DNA from: Fimicolochytrium jonesii
Taxonomy: Eukaryota
Assembly (NCBI RefSeq): GCF_025526975.1
Contig: NW_026515694.1
Coordinates: forward strand, 124,001-188,000
Direction: 5' to 3'
Length of the DNA: 64,000 bases
The position numbers and the translations under genes are program-made. The notes beneath the pieces are model-generated. The model had not been told where the DNA came from and ran no database searches. It saw only the letters and a program-made list of their open reading frames with translations. This document shows positions 14,874 through 29,049 of the stretch, in pieces; within the stretch, counting starts at the first letter, position 1, and every line of letters begins with the position of its first letter.

Positions 14874-17800
14874 ATGGCAGAGCGGGTGTCCGGAGCACGC
14901 GGACATGGGCCATCCCATTCAACGCGTTGTCCGACCTGCTTCGAATGTGGACGGCGGAGTACCAAGATACAGAGGCGTTCTGTTTGGGGCGTATTACCGA
15001 GCAACGAAACAGCAGTAATGAGCGATGATGCTGCGTCTCCAGAACTACTGGGCCTGTCTGATGGCCTATCACAAGCGTCATACATGCTGTCTGGAATCAC
15101 CAACGCCTCCCAGGTTCCCTTAGCGACTTCAAACGGTGCAGAACTTAGCGAAGTCATTCAAGCTAAGGAGGCCGTGGAGGAAGGCAACGTTACGACCGTG
15201 GTCAGGAGCCTGGTCAGGAGCCAGGAGGTTGAAGCCAGCGCGCGCTCCGTAGCTAGCCACCAGCTGGCTTCACAGGAAAAACAGTCTGGGAGGACCCCAG
15301 TTACTTCGAATAGCGAAAGCGCAGCTTTGGAGGCAGAAGAAGATAAAGACGATTCAGGAACAGGGGAGGAGAAGGATTGTGAAGTCTCGCAAGTCTACAG
15401 TGGGGACGAAAGGCAGGGTGCTCCATGCTCTGCAGGTCCGGCCGCCCTGGATGAATTGAGGGATGAGTCAGTTGAAGAGGCAGATATCATGGAGCATTCG
15501 AACGAACCGGTGTCTGAAGATACAGACCCTTCAGAACTCATTGGCAAGATTCGATCGTTTTCCCCGGGAGAGAAAGCGGGGAACCCTATCCCGCTTTTTG
15601 AGTTATTTCGAGACGTAAGTCATTTGGATCCCGCACTCTTGTTAAAGAACGATATGATTCTCAGCGCATCTTATGTAGATACGAGAAATTGCTTTTCGAG
15701 CAATGAGGACGGAAGAAATTGCATTCCTGCTTCCACGGGACATTCAGGTAGCGGAATGGCAGCCGCAAAATGAGAAGAGACGGTCCAATGCTAAGTAATT
15801 CATTGAATGCAGGCGCTATGCTTTGAAAGATTCCGTCAAATCTCGGCTATCGTACTACAGGGAGCGGGCGTGACGGAAACGGAGCCGTGGGTCAATGTTG
15901 TCACGGAGTTATTTGCCAGTTTCAAAGCATTGTTGGATTGCACCAAGGTTTGAGAGGATAAACCCATATTCATTTGTACTTCCAGGATTCGCCCACCGAG
16001 AATCATGCTGACCAATCTCTTCAGGCAAGCTCATTGACTCGGATGTCAACCGATACGGGGACATGGCGAGAAGAGGTAAGCCATTCCGTGAATGCACATC
16101 TGCCTATGCTGCCGTCTCATCTCTCACTATATCCAGGCTTCAAATACTTTAAGCAGTTTCGTACCACTGGTGGATCATCTTCTCAGCCGTAAGTCCGGAG
16201 TCACCTGGCCACATGGTGATATCTTGCTCAAATTGGCGCGATATAGGCTACGGGCAAAATGCCGAACTGTACCTGGCGGCGTGCAAAGGCTATTGTAGCT
16301 TACTTGAGTTTGCAACCGGGAGTCACGAGTCTTTCGTTCTCACTATCGCGTAGGTCACCTTCCGAGCTATTGCAGCTTCGTCTTTCGTGCAATGTGTTGA
16401 CCCTCTGCCAAAGGTGGAAACAATGTGCACGCCTAGCGCATTCGTCTCCGGAACAAACCTCCGAATTGAATCTGATCGCGCTGAATGGTCTTTCGAAGTC
16501 TTATGCCATGCATATTCGTACGCTTCAAGATGCACAGACAGCGGAGATGAATAAGTGTAACGGTCTCGGTAAGTTCGTCCCCGTCGCTGTGAACCGCGAG
16601 CTCAAGATTAACACCCTTATGAATGACTCTAGGCAAATGGTATCTGACACAGCTAGGCGCATTTCTGTCCGGCGGGCGCACTCTGATATGTCGACAACAG
16701 TTGCCCTTCATAATCAGGATGCTTCGAATGACATGGTGAGTGGTTTTTAGTCTAGTGTGGCCAAGCAGCGTTTTTTTACCCTCTGTATTTCGCAGCACTT
16801 TGCTCTGCCAGGAAACACTACGCATCGATCCGACATCTGAGGCGCTGATGTCATGCCTCATCAAGATGTTGACATTCCTCTTCAAATCTCCGAAAGTGGA
16901 CGAGACGATGAAACGACTCCTTTTGGAAGAATGCTTTGAGAGCATTATCAGTCCTTCCGAACCGGATCCGATGAATGATGCCGATGGCACCACCACCGCA
17001 GGGAAGGCCTTACTGGTATCACTATTGTTCCGGTACATGGCATGGGGCACTACCGATGAGCAATGCGCCTTTCTCCTCGGCGACACACCCATGTCGCTTC
17101 AGGCGGTCTTTGGTGTCTTATCGGAGGTCGATTCGGCACTGCTCAACTGTTCCGAAGGTTCTCGACCATCTTTGTACGCCGAATATCTGACTGGTATTTG
17201 TGTCTTCACCCATACGTTGTTCCCGGAGGCGTTTGCGGAATTGGAGCGGATCCTATTCATGGAATGGTTGAGGCCTGGGTCTGCGTCTACTGGGATTTTG
17301 GTGGGAGACCTGTTAACATATATTGCGGAAAACGGTGAGCACCTGATACTTCAATTCGATGCATTTCTGGAATATTCCTGATGCGACCTTTCCCGCCAGG
17401 CCCAGCAAGCGTAAGAGAAACCTGGAAGTCACAGCTCTTCCCACAGATGATTGGAAGCCTGAAAGAATTTCCGAAATTGCGTTCACGAATGAAATCTCTC
17501 TCGGGCAACATTTTTGGAGACTACCCGGTCGATGCAGCAGCTCTGTCACCAGCGACTGATCTCGACGATGGCTGGTTGGAAAGCGTATTGGACCATTGGG
17601 CAGGAGCTTCCTGCGTAACTAAGGAGCTCCTGCAGTCGCAAGGAACTCTCGTTCTAGATGCATGGTAAGGGACGAACTCGACCGCAATCATAGACTTCAC
17701 CGATCTTCCAACACGCGTTGTGCCATATAGCGATCTCATCTTCCGGCAAGTACTCCTTCGAAAGGGAGATTCGGAATACGTACGATGGCTTAGCGCCCTC

Positions 17801-18491
17801 CATCTAGTCCTGGAGAGCATGGGGACCCTCGCTAAAAGCCTAGACACGCTGAATGGAGATCCTGAAGTGGCCAAGTTCCGCCCGCGCCTAGTAAATATTC
17901 TACGACTGCTTCCCAACGTGATTAGAAGTACCAGTGAGCCTGCTCAGGTCGCTGCCTCCGCAACGGATGAGAATACCATGGAGAAGGTGAGCGATCAGTG
18001 ACACTTATGATACATCTATATTGATGTCTCATTTGTAGTACATCCAGATCGTGGATGGGATCAACAGGGCATTGCACCTTGCAACGAGCGCGGTGAACCA
18101 CTTCGAGCCAGGAGACATTGACCGTCTCTTGGGCACATTGCATGGTCACCCTTTGAAGGGTTACTTTCCAGAGACAGCAGGCGAGTCCTCAATTGACAAT
18201 TGTATCGTCCCTTGTGGAGGGCTCACCTGCATTTTTCATGCTATAGTTCTCGAATTGCTTGCCGCCATTGGTCCCTTCAGCACCGATGAGACGCAAAAAT
18301 ATGCCGCCATCGCATACAAAGAAGCACTGGAGAGCGATAATTGGGCAGTGGTTTACTCTGCATTGCAAAGCCTAGTCCACTTCTCCGCTGCCTCGCCGAG
18401 AGGTCCCCCGAAAATGATTGCGGCTCATAAAGTCATGGTTCGAAACTTTATCAAGAAAGTGCCTTTTGCATTTGATGGGAAAATGGCGTAG
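14874..18491 (+). CDS. FIRRM/C1orf112/FLIP-like (DUF4487) helical protein, multi-exon; 3' end uncertain
   Basis: YAEYLTGICVFTHTLFPEAFAELERILF..GDLLTYIAENG and ALESDNWAVVYSALQSLVHFS resemble recalled FIRRM blocks; consistent spliced + strand ORFs. Confidence 0.6.
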
Positions 18492-18796
18492 CCGTTTAGT
18501 GTAGAGGGGTAGACATGATTTGATTGAGATAGAGGTAGATCGATAACGTTGTGACGGAGTCTCCTATTTTGTGTCGTATCACTACTGGGATACTGCTAAC
18601 TGAACACATACTACCTAACTCTGACTTGGCATCGATGAAGTGTGCGAACAAAGAAGGAATTTTTCTTGCAAAATTCACACTGCACTAGGACGCCGGTGTG
18701 GTAAGCTACGCCGACCCATTCTTCTTTCTATTTTAACCTGACACGTGAAAGGATAGTTCCAGCGCACTTCCTTCAACGCAATGCATACATTGGCGT

Positions 18797-19910
18797 CTAT
18801 TCCGCTGCTGTGGCGATGGTACCCTGTGGCAGATCGGGCGGGCTTAAGCCTCCCAATCCGACAGTCTGGAGTAACTTCTTCCCGGTCTTCTTCACAATCC
18901 CATCATTGGAGGGGGGTTTCTTGAGCACCTCCAACTCCGCAAACTCCCCAATTCTGACTGGAAACATATCCATGAAGCCCGTGCGCTTATGATAGCGCGC
19001 CACCTTCAAAGCGATCCTCCAATCGACCACACTCAATTCGGCGCGGAGAGCCGAGTTGACGTGGCGATGCGTGATGGGCTCTATGTCCGTGTTGCAGCTT
19101 AATGCCGCAGTAGCGTCATCAACAAGAGCCAGATAGGTGGCGGCTGAGTGATCACGCAGGTATGGGGTGCGTGCGGCGGGCGAGTAGTAGCAGGCGTACG
19201 TCAAAACTGTCTGGCAGGTCTGGCAGAGAAGCGTGTCGGGCACCGGGTCGATGAGGGGAGGGTGAGAGATGTGGCGTTTATGAGCGTGCGAGGTGGGGAT
19301 CAGATCGTAAAGAGTGTTGACCAAGTCCTCGCGGTAGCTGAAGAGCGTCCCAAGCTTGTTCTCCGTGCTGTTGATGGAAATTAACGTCAGATGTGATTGA
19401 TTTGACATCGCCAATAGCTGATGCTCACCTTTTGGTGAACCGTTTCTTGAGGGCTCGAACCACAACATCTGGGTGGGAGGCTCCTACAAGGCCTTTCCCC
19501 TTCAGATGCTTAGCCTTTTGGGCTACCCGTTGGGTCGCCGCATTATTGGTTTGAGCGCTAGAGGTGGCGGCAGTGACTCTGGCCGTGTTTTCTGCCGCGC
19601 CAGGCAGAAGTGCAGAGCCAGAGCTGGCTTCGTCGTTCAGTTCCAAGGTTTCAGGTGTCAACCGCGTAACTTCCTCCGTTTCATTGGAGCTTCCAGCGCC
19701 AGGATACAGGGAGTGCGGGATTGCGTGTAGAGGATTGGGCAGCTTAGAAGCAGCTCTTTCCAAAATGGAAGGATGGTGGTCACCATCCGTTTGCGTGTCG
19801 TTGACGGTGTTCTTGCTTGCTTCCCTGGCTCTATTCTGCGCCAGAGACTGCCAGATGCAAGTACATGGTCGCTCAATTGTGGGACGAGGTGGAACAGAGG
19901 TCGACGGCAT
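18797..19910 (-). CDS. Hypothetical protein (2 exons)
   Basis: ORFs 19425-20045 and 18797-19468 join through a GTGAGC..AACAG intron at ~19369-19428; no family recognised. Confidence 0.6.
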
Positions 19911-20950
19911 TGTCGCTATGTTGCAGAGGTAATCTGACAAATCTTCTTGCTCGAACGATGTCTGGTGAGGTCTACTAAATCGGGTGGCCGATCGTTCGAG
20001 CTCGTATTCAAGACCAAAAATAAGTTTGAGGAGAGCGCTAGCCAACCTTCACCCACTTAGATTATACGCTAATTATACGCATCGTCCAGGTCGGAGTGCG
20101 GGGATGATTGGGATTTGTGGAGAGTATACAAGTACTGTACTTACCGGGCCCCCCATTGACATCACAAGTTCCTATGTTTTGACAGTGGCTATGCGCGCTG
20201 TCGAAGGGCGTCAAACTGCCAACAGTGACGCAGACCGTTCATGGCAGGGTAAAAAACAAACTGGTTCTGGAATTTTGGGCCCCAAGTTGGCAAAGAGACG
20301 CAAAACGGAAAGCTCCCAACACCCACTCGTGCCATTTTCCCTCACTCACCAAAACTGCGCTGCCTCTCTTGGGAGCCGTTCCCACACCCGCCCTCACCGC
20401 CATAAGCACCCTCTGAACCAACGGCGGGAACTGGTCTTCTAGAGTCAGCAAAAGCAGCGACCGATTTCCGGAAAGTTTGGGGCGCCTTGCTGGTTTCCAC
20501 TTCAGCTTCGCTGATCGCAATAAGCCTGAGCTTTGCGCTTGGTCGGGACCTCGCCTCTCTTTATCCTCTTCTCAAGCGTCCCTCTCTCGTATAGCATTGT
20601 GCTCGGTCTTCAAGAGGGCCGTCTCACAGTTTGTCACAGTAGAGACCTGTTGTATGCAAGTTCCGTGCCTGGTCAAAGTGTTCACAGTCGCTGTAAGTGT
20701 ACGGCTCTATGTTTTCCTTGCCCTCTGGACTTGCTCTTCCCTGGGCTTACCGTGCTGTTATAGCATCAGCAACCATGAACCCTTGAGCAACCCTAGCTGG
20801 CTTGCATTCTGCCACTCCCAATTTTGCGTCATCCGAAGCTTCATTCTATCTATCGACATATCGACTTTGTGCCTCGCCTGATCCAATTGCCTTATTGTAA
20901 TTCAAGTCAGCATTTGTCACGTTATCGTCTGCCGCTCGACAAACGACTAC

Positions 20951-23425
20951 ATGTCTCTCAGTGATACAACAAAGGTATGGTGTGCATCCGTCAAGTCTTC
21001 CTTGTCTTGTATGGCGTTTCAAGGCTGATCGACAACCGAACAGACTTTCGATAGCGACCAGGAGAACTCCGCACAGAACCCTATCGTCTCTACTACAAAC
21101 ATGAGCCCTACTGCTACGGCAGACGCCGCACCTGTCATTTTGAAGAGGCCGGTTGAGTTGTCGCCGTCAAGTGAGGAACCGATTGTTGTTAACGATGATC
21201 TATCTACACCATTCGATGGAAGCGTCAAATCAGCGTCCCCAACCCCATCTGAAGGATCAAATGCGGAAGAAGTTGTGACCGCGGATAATGAATGGGGGTT
21301 GGACAGTATACTCCTGACCGCCGTGCAAAGCTCGAAGGACCGATTGTTCGTGCTAAGGACGGAAAAGGAGTGTGCGGACTTCATACATGATGAATCGTAT
21401 GTATCGTGGAAATTATCGCATTTTGGCCGCACTGTACTCATATTTGCATCCATCAGGCAAACCACATTGGAGTTCCCGCACATGAACTCGTATCAGCGAC
21501 TTCTGACACACCGAATCGCTGTGCACTTTAAGTTGGAGCATGTCTCGGACGCTAGCCGTCGTGGAGTGGTATTGTACAAGGGCTCTGGCACTGCAATGTA
21601 AGGAAGGACGCTGCTCATTAGCTCGCTTGGGAACACACATTGATCTGTTATTCTTATAGACCGGAACTGAACCTTAGCGACATCCCGGTGAACGATGCGG
21701 TAGTGGCGCCGACGCAAACGGCGTCGTTCAAGATTATGAAACGACATCACAATCACCATGGACGATCGTCTAGGCATTCGAGCACAGATAGCGGATCAGA
21801 GAATGGGATCGGTGGGGGTCCGAAGACTTTGGAGGAGCGGGAAGCGGCATATCAAGCAGCTAGGGCACGAATTTTCCAGGATGATGCGGGATCGGATGCG
21901 TCGAGCAACTCGCGCACGTCAGGTCAATCGACGTCCGCCAGCACGGGGAAGAGTGCTATGCGCAATGGAAAGGGAACAGGACGAAATCAGAATGCGAGAC
22001 CTCGGCATACCAATCAAGCGGGTATGGGGCGGCATAGAATGCCGCATGGCCTTACACATGGCGGTGTTCCATCAGCGTTGACGCAAATACCGATGGGTGA
22101 CGTGAGCAGGGGAACCACATACTACCCGTACGAGCCGACTGGGAGAAATCAACACATGGCATCAAACACAGCTCCACCATATCGAGGAGGTGCACCACCA
22201 TACGTCCCACAATACCCAGGGCTGAATCAGGGGGTCCCTTCCTCGAACTACAATGCACCCTACGGCGTACCCCAGCATCAAAATTACACGCAAGCCAACC
22301 CCTATGCGGATTGGAACCCATCCACTTACCCAGGGTATTCAGGCGTGCCAATGGGAAACTCAGGTTCGAGAACAGGCCGAGAGCCAAGGCGGCCCGATGC
22401 GTATTTACCGGGGATGGGAGCTCCCGGGGTAGGGTACAATGCGGATTTGGGGACGTCGGGCAACCTAAGTTACCATCAGTTTACCGCACCACCGCTCCAG
22501 AACCCGCGATTGCATGCACCATTTTTCCTCGCAGTATCCAGCATTGAAATCTGACGGTGTTGCGTTGCACTACTTACCAAATCGGTCTCCCTACGAAACA
22601 ACGGGGACAATACCGCCGCCGGGATCCCGCCAGCAGGACGCGGCCCGATCTGGCGGCGGCCAGCCAGCACTCGACGCGCCATTCGCAGGGGATACTAACT
22701 ATCACCCCTGGGAAGCTCCGGTGGGTCGCGAAGGGTCGCACTTCGGGCCAGATTCCTTGGACCAAGCTTCTGTCAATCCGTATGGAGGCACGTCGGGCTG
22801 GCCATCCGCGATCAGAGATTCATCCGTGAAAGGCAGCTATCGCCCGCCGATTACTTCCACACAACAAAGTGCGCTGCCCGGGGACTACGGCGTCTCTCCA
22901 TACCAGCAGAACCATCAGCAACAGCAACATCAACAAACTCCGCATTACTTCCCCGATGACTACAGCCAGTTCCCACCTCCGTCTCTCGGCCCGCATGCTC
23001 AACCGTCAACCCTCGCATACCCACCATTATACTCTCAAACCGCAGCAATCGGCTTCGAGCCTCCATCGCGACAGTCACAACAAATCAACTCCTCCCCGTG
23101 GGGAACGTCATCAAATGGCAATGCACGATGGATGCCCAACCCTGCTTCTTCAATTGGCGTTGTCGGCACAACTGCAGCGACGTCGTCTCCTTCGAGCGCG
23201 CTCGGCAGTGGTAGGAACGGTACACAGGTTACACAGCTTCGGTCATCTCGACAGCCGTTCGCTAACGAGACAGCGTCGGGGCCTGGGGATGTTGGCGCTC
23301 ACGGCGCAACGGTGGGAGGACCTGGCGTAGGCAGCAGCGATGGGGATGTTGACCAGCTGCTTGCCAGAGGACTGCACAGCTTGAGTCTATCGAGTCAGGC
23401 AGATGGTGCGGGGAGCAATCCATAG
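20951..23425 (+). CDS. R3H + SUZ domain RNA-binding protein (Rbs1/ARPP21/encore-like) with a P/Q/Y-rich tail
   Basis: KDRLFVLRTE, FPHMNSYQRLLTHRIAVHFKL (R3H), FKIMKR and KTLEEREAAYQAARARIF (SUZ). Confidence 0.85.
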
Positions 23426-23869
23426 GTGGCATTGTAGATGGAGGCTGGGGGTCTGTACCCCTGAGAAAACTCAACAGATAGCAACATAGATATGTTCGTC
23501 TTCCCGGTTTCGCCTCCATTGCGAGTTTGTGGCTTATGTTTATATCTGAATACATGTTTTCTTAACGTACGTTGTCACATTTGCGAAGTACTCCTAATCT
23601 GGTTTCAAAAAGAAGGGATGTTGGCCCGCCCACTCTGCGTTTGTCCGAAAGTTATGTCCGAAGGAACTTTGAGGATTTTCGATCTCAACATTCCGGGCGC
23701 ATTGGGCACGGACATCGGGCAGTAACAGGAACCTACACTCTTGCTCACAGTATCGCAACACTGGTGATACGTTTCGGCGTAGCAGGACGGTGCTCAGTTC
23801 TTTCCGCAGGCGGAGACTGTCGAACTCAGAGAGTTTCAAAGGTTAAGCGAACACTCGACTTCCAATAGA

Positions 23870-26800
23870 ATGTTGTCCCACGTAGACCTCGTCGAAAGCA
23901 GCCAGGTGGCTGAACGTCAAGAAGGCGCTGCATCACAGCCTTCGTCACAGCTGTTGTCGCAGTCGAAAACTCAGGATTCGCTGTCAGGGAAGCAAATACG
24001 CGCGCTTGAGGCGGAACAGAGCCGACCGAGGATGGTCATCTCTAAGATGGTGCTAAGGAACTTCAAATCGTACGCTGGGGTGGTGGAAATTGGGCCGTTT
24101 CATAAGGTTGGGAGGTCGATTGCCAGGCCTTTTTGATGAAATATAAGAAACCCGGAATGCTAAGGTCGACCCTTTATAGTCTTTCACGTCCGTGGTCGGC
24201 CCAAACGGTTCCGGCAAGTCCAATGTTATTGATTCACTCTTGTTCGTCTTTGGCTTCAAAGCCAAGAAGATGCGCCAAGGGAAGCTTTCGGAGCTGATTC
24301 ACAACTCCGCGAATCACAAGAACCTGGATAGCTGCTCTGTGGAAGTGCATTTTCAAGAAATCGTTGACCTTGTGGGTGTAACGGGTCAGCCAGGCTGGTG
24401 GCATTTGCAAACGAGGAAGGGCTACTCATACCTTTTGGATTTAGCCAGGACCGGACGCTTTTGAGGTTGTGCCCAACTCGACTTTAGTAGTGTCGCGAAC
24501 AGTGGAACGCGCAACAACAGAAAAGGGTGCCGACAAAAGCACGTATCGCATCAACAGACGGAGCAGTAATTTCACGGAAGTCACGACGTTGCTGAAGGAC
24601 AAGGGAGTGGATCTCGACCATAAGCGGTTTTTGATCTTGCAGGTGGGAAGAGCGGACATACGCTTACACTGCTTTCAAACTGCACAGCACCTAACGTGCC
24701 GCATAGGGAGAAGTAGAGTCCATCTCCTTGATGAAGCCGAAGGCGCAAAACGAGCATGAGGATGGACTCCTGGAATATCTGGAAGACATCATTGGAACCG
24801 CCCGTTACAAAGCGGAGATTGATGCCACCAACGTGAAGATGGACGCGCTCAACGAGGAACGCGGCGAGAAGCTCAACCGCCTGAAGTTTGTAGAAAAGGA
24901 CAAAAGATCGCTGGAAGTACGTTGCGGATGTGCATCTCAACATCCCTCAGATCCGGCGGATTGACATGGCTCGGTTTTAGGCGAAAAAAGAAGAGGCGGA
25001 AACCTTCATCAGAACCGAGAATCAGCTCGTTCACGCCAAAAACAAACTCTTTCATATCTGCATTGATGAATGCTCGAAGGACATCGATCGCAACCAAACA
25101 ATAGTGGAGGACTTGAGCACGAAACTGGAAGCTGAGAGGGCGAAGCACTCTGGTCTTGCTTCCGAGGTCAAGACCCTGGAAAAGAGCCACAAGAGTACAC
25201 AAAAGGAATATGAGGTACGTAAGATTCCAGGATGACCGGCCGCAACTTTTGGCTGATCGCACACATTAGTCGATAGCAGCGAAAGCCGAATCGGTGCGAA
25301 ATGAGCTGCAACGGTACGACCGGGCGGAAGTGGAGCTTACTGAGAAGATAACGCATCTGGAGAAGAAGGAGAAAAAGCTGAGGAGTACAGTGCATAAGGT
25401 GAGGAGATTTCGCAGGAGTGATACTTCTTGGCTCGACAACTCAACAGCGTGCGTTTCCAGGAAAAGCTAGAGCGCTCAGAACACGAGACGTGGATACGGA
25501 ATTTCGATAACGATATGAGTAAAGCTCAGAAGGAAGGAGAGGAACTGGCTGAGAAGCTTGCTGAGGAGGAGGAAGTGTTGAAGGAAATCCGGGAGAGTCT
25601 CAAGGGTAACCCACGCTATGCCTGACGGCGTAAGACAGAATGCATGCTAAATCTTAAGAATTGCAGGGAAAACCGAAGGCTTCCAAAAGCAAATCGAGAA
25701 AAAGCAGGAAGAATTAGCACCTTGGATGGAAAAGATCAATGCGAAACAGGGACAACTGGATTTGACAACGTCTGAACGCGACATTCTGGAGAGCAACATG
25801 CACGCTGCGCAAACTGCTCTGAAGGATGCGGAGCAGAAAGTGGTCGAACTGCGTGCGCAGCATCGGGAAAAGGTATGCAACACTTGGCTTGACCTGCCTT
25901 CGGGAGCCCGCACTTAACAGATGCATCTTTGTTGAAGGCCAAGGAAAAGAAGCAGCTGGAAGCTCAGCAGAAGGAGCTACAGGGCCAACGTGGCGAGCTG
26001 CAAGGGCAATTGCAGAATTGTGCAACGAAGGAGGAGGACTTGCGCAAGACGGTGGTATCATCCCGCGCAAAGGCCGATGAAGCGCGAGTCAACTTGCAAG
26101 CCGCACAAAGTCGAGGCAAAGTGCACAACAGTCTGATGCAGCAGAGTCATGCAGGGCGGATACAGGGCATTTGCGTAAGTTTTGATAACGAATGTTACAC
26201 ACTTTATGCGACACACGCTCATACGCTTCTCCAGGGCCGTCTTGGAGACCTTGGAGTCATTGATGACCAATATGACGTTGCTGTGACCACCGCCTGTGGA
26301 TCTCTTGACGCTATCGTCGTTGACCATGTGGAATCCGCCCAACAATGCATCGAGTATCTCCGGAAGCAGAGCGTCGGAAGAGCCACTTTCCTCTCTCTCG
26401 ACAAGCTTACGAAATGGAATACCGCACCAATCAAAACACCAGAGAACGTGCCTCGCCTTTTCGATCTCATCAAGCCTAAACAGGAAAAATATGCACCAGC
26501 GTTCTACCAGGTCCTTCGCGATACCTTGGTCGCAAAGGATCTTGAACAAGCAAACAGGATAGCGTATGGCGCCAAGCGGTTCCGTGTTGTCACCCTGGAA
26601 GGACAACTCATCGATACGTCCGGAACTCTCAGCGGTGGAGGCAGTAAGCCCCAGCGCGGGGGCATGAGTTCGAAGTTTGCTTCGGACGAAGTCACTCAGC
26701 AAACTGTTGCGAATTTGGCAAAGCAGAAGGACGACGCCGAAAAGGATCATGAGAAGGTGAAAGTGGTCAAGGCGGAGCTAACCGAAAGGATCGAAGCTTT

Positions 26801-28780
26801 GGATCGGGAGCTGCCGGTGGTTTCGTTGGAGTTGGAAAAGGCCATGCTAGGGTTGAAGTCGCTGGAGGAATCAGTATTAGATGCTGAGAAGCATGTCGAG
26901 ACCTTGAGGTATGCCCGTGCAAAGTTCGTGCCAATGCTTCCTCAATCTGATCTAAACATTTTATCCCGTAGAACTCGAAAGCAAGGCCCGAGCGCCGAGG
27001 ACGTCAGCCGCTACGAGGAGCTGCAAGCTCTTACCACAACCCTCACGAAGGACATTGAAAAGCTCACGCGCAACACAACCAAGATCAGCGATGAGATCAC
27101 AGCCCTCCAAGTTCAAATCCTCCAGATCGGTGGTGTTCGGTTACGTACCCAACACGCAAAAGTCGACGGCTTGAACGAGCACATCTCCATCAACAGCAGC
27201 CGCATGACAAAGTTGCGCGTGGAGAGAAGTTCGAGGGATAAGGCATTGACGAAGGTTGTCAAGAGTATCGTGAAGAATGAAGGCGATGCCGAGAATACCT
27301 GTGCTGAGATTGATGCGATTGAGGGCGAGCTTGAGAAGCAGAGGGGCGCTGTTAAGGAGGTCACTGCAAAAGTCAAGGAGGCTGAGGAGGTATGTGATGG
27401 TGCAGATACGTGCGATACCCCTCAACCTCGATCACTGCTGACATGTCACCGTTGTGCTCGTCTCTTGGCAGATACTGGAATCAAAAGAGGCTGAGCTTGA
27501 GGATATCAAGCAAGAGCTCGATGCTAAAACCGAGCAAATGAACGACTTACGGAAGTTCGAGGTTTGGATTCGCTTACATCACGGAGGCTCTTCCGAAACT
27601 GTGTCTTACCAGTGTGGCATCTAGGTTGAAGCGAAAGCGCGACTGGACGGCGCAAGCAAGGAGCTAGCACAGAAGCAGTCGCAAAGAAAGTACTTCCAGA
27701 AAGAGATAGACACCAATCTTCGATTGCAAGTCACTGGGTAAGGTGTAATTGCGTGGACCCTTATGCACAGCGCATTCTTACAAATGAAGATAGGTTTGAG
27801 GAGTATGAAGAACCGACGGAACTTCCAAAATACTCGGAAGAGGAGGTGGGGCAACTGGAGAAGAAGGTCGTGGAAAGTGAAATACAGAATTTACAAGGTA
27901 GGGATCCGGAGATCCCTTGATATCTTAGTTCAATTCAATATTTGACAAAATCTCATTCCAACAATAGCTAAACTGGACGAAGGAACACCCAACCTCTCCG
28001 TCCTGGCCGAATACAAGCAGAAGCATGAAGCCTACCTCGCACGGGCCAAAGATCTTGAGGATGTGACGCAACTCCGTGACCAAGCGAAAGCACGCCACGA
28101 TGAGCTACGTACACGGCGCTTGACGGAATTCATGGAAGGCTTCACAGCCATATCGCAAAAGTTGAAGGAAATGTACCAGGTCCGCGCTCAACATTATTCA
28201 GTGCTACCAATGTTCGTTCTAACCAGTGGAACACATCATCAATAGCTGATTACCCTAGGAGGGAACGCGGAACTGGAGCTCGTCGACAGTCTGGATCCGT
28301 TTTCCGAGGGAATCATATTTAGCGTTATGCCGCCAAAGAAGAGTTGGAAAAACATTTCTAACCTCTCTGGAGGTGAAAAGGTAAAGACAATCTCATATGA
28401 CTCTCAGTAGTAAGGCGCAAACGACCCGCCTCACGCCGTGCATCTGCAAGACACTCTCCTCTCTAGCACTCGTGTTCGCTCTTCACCACTTCAAGCCTAC
28501 GCCGCTGTACGTGATGGACGAGATCGACGCCGCGCTCGACTTCCGTAACGTGTCCATTGTGGCAAACTACATCAAGGAACGGACAAAGAATGCACAGTTT
28601 ATCATCATCAGTTTGAGGAACAATATGTTTGAGCTCGCCGATCGGCTCGTTGGGATATACAAGGTACCTATGTGAAGGGAGAGGTCGTGTTTCTAGCCGC
28701 TGTAATGGCCTGACCCTTTTGCTGCTTCGCAGACGGACAACACGACGAAGAGCATCACGATCAATCCGAACGCTTTGTGA
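23870..28780 (+). CDS. SMC4: Condensin subunit SMC4 (many introns)
   Basis: NFKSYAG, Walker [14 protein letters not shown], hinge [42 protein letters not shown]. Confidence 0.96.
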
Positions 28781-29049
28781 ACCTTTGACACTTCCTAAAA
28801 ACTGTGCTTTGGCGTACATTTTGGACGTAATGTTGATGACTGCGTAGTGATCTCTCATAGCCGTGAAGCATGTACTCGTAACTGTAGAAGACTCTGGATG
28901 ATATGGCGTCTAGAGGCGCTTTTGAGAAACATCGTGTGACATCAAACCAGGTCGTTCATGTCTCGGGCAGGCACAGCGCATATACCAGTTCGGACAAGCA
29001 TGAGCTCAGCATCGAGCATTCCGAAGCGGGGTGCTTAATCCTAATGCCT

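Noticed and set aside
22429..22554. Frameshift in the R3H-SUZ gene
   Set aside because: A GT..CGCAG intron at 22429-22534 joins the two ORFs in frame, although the donor is weak.
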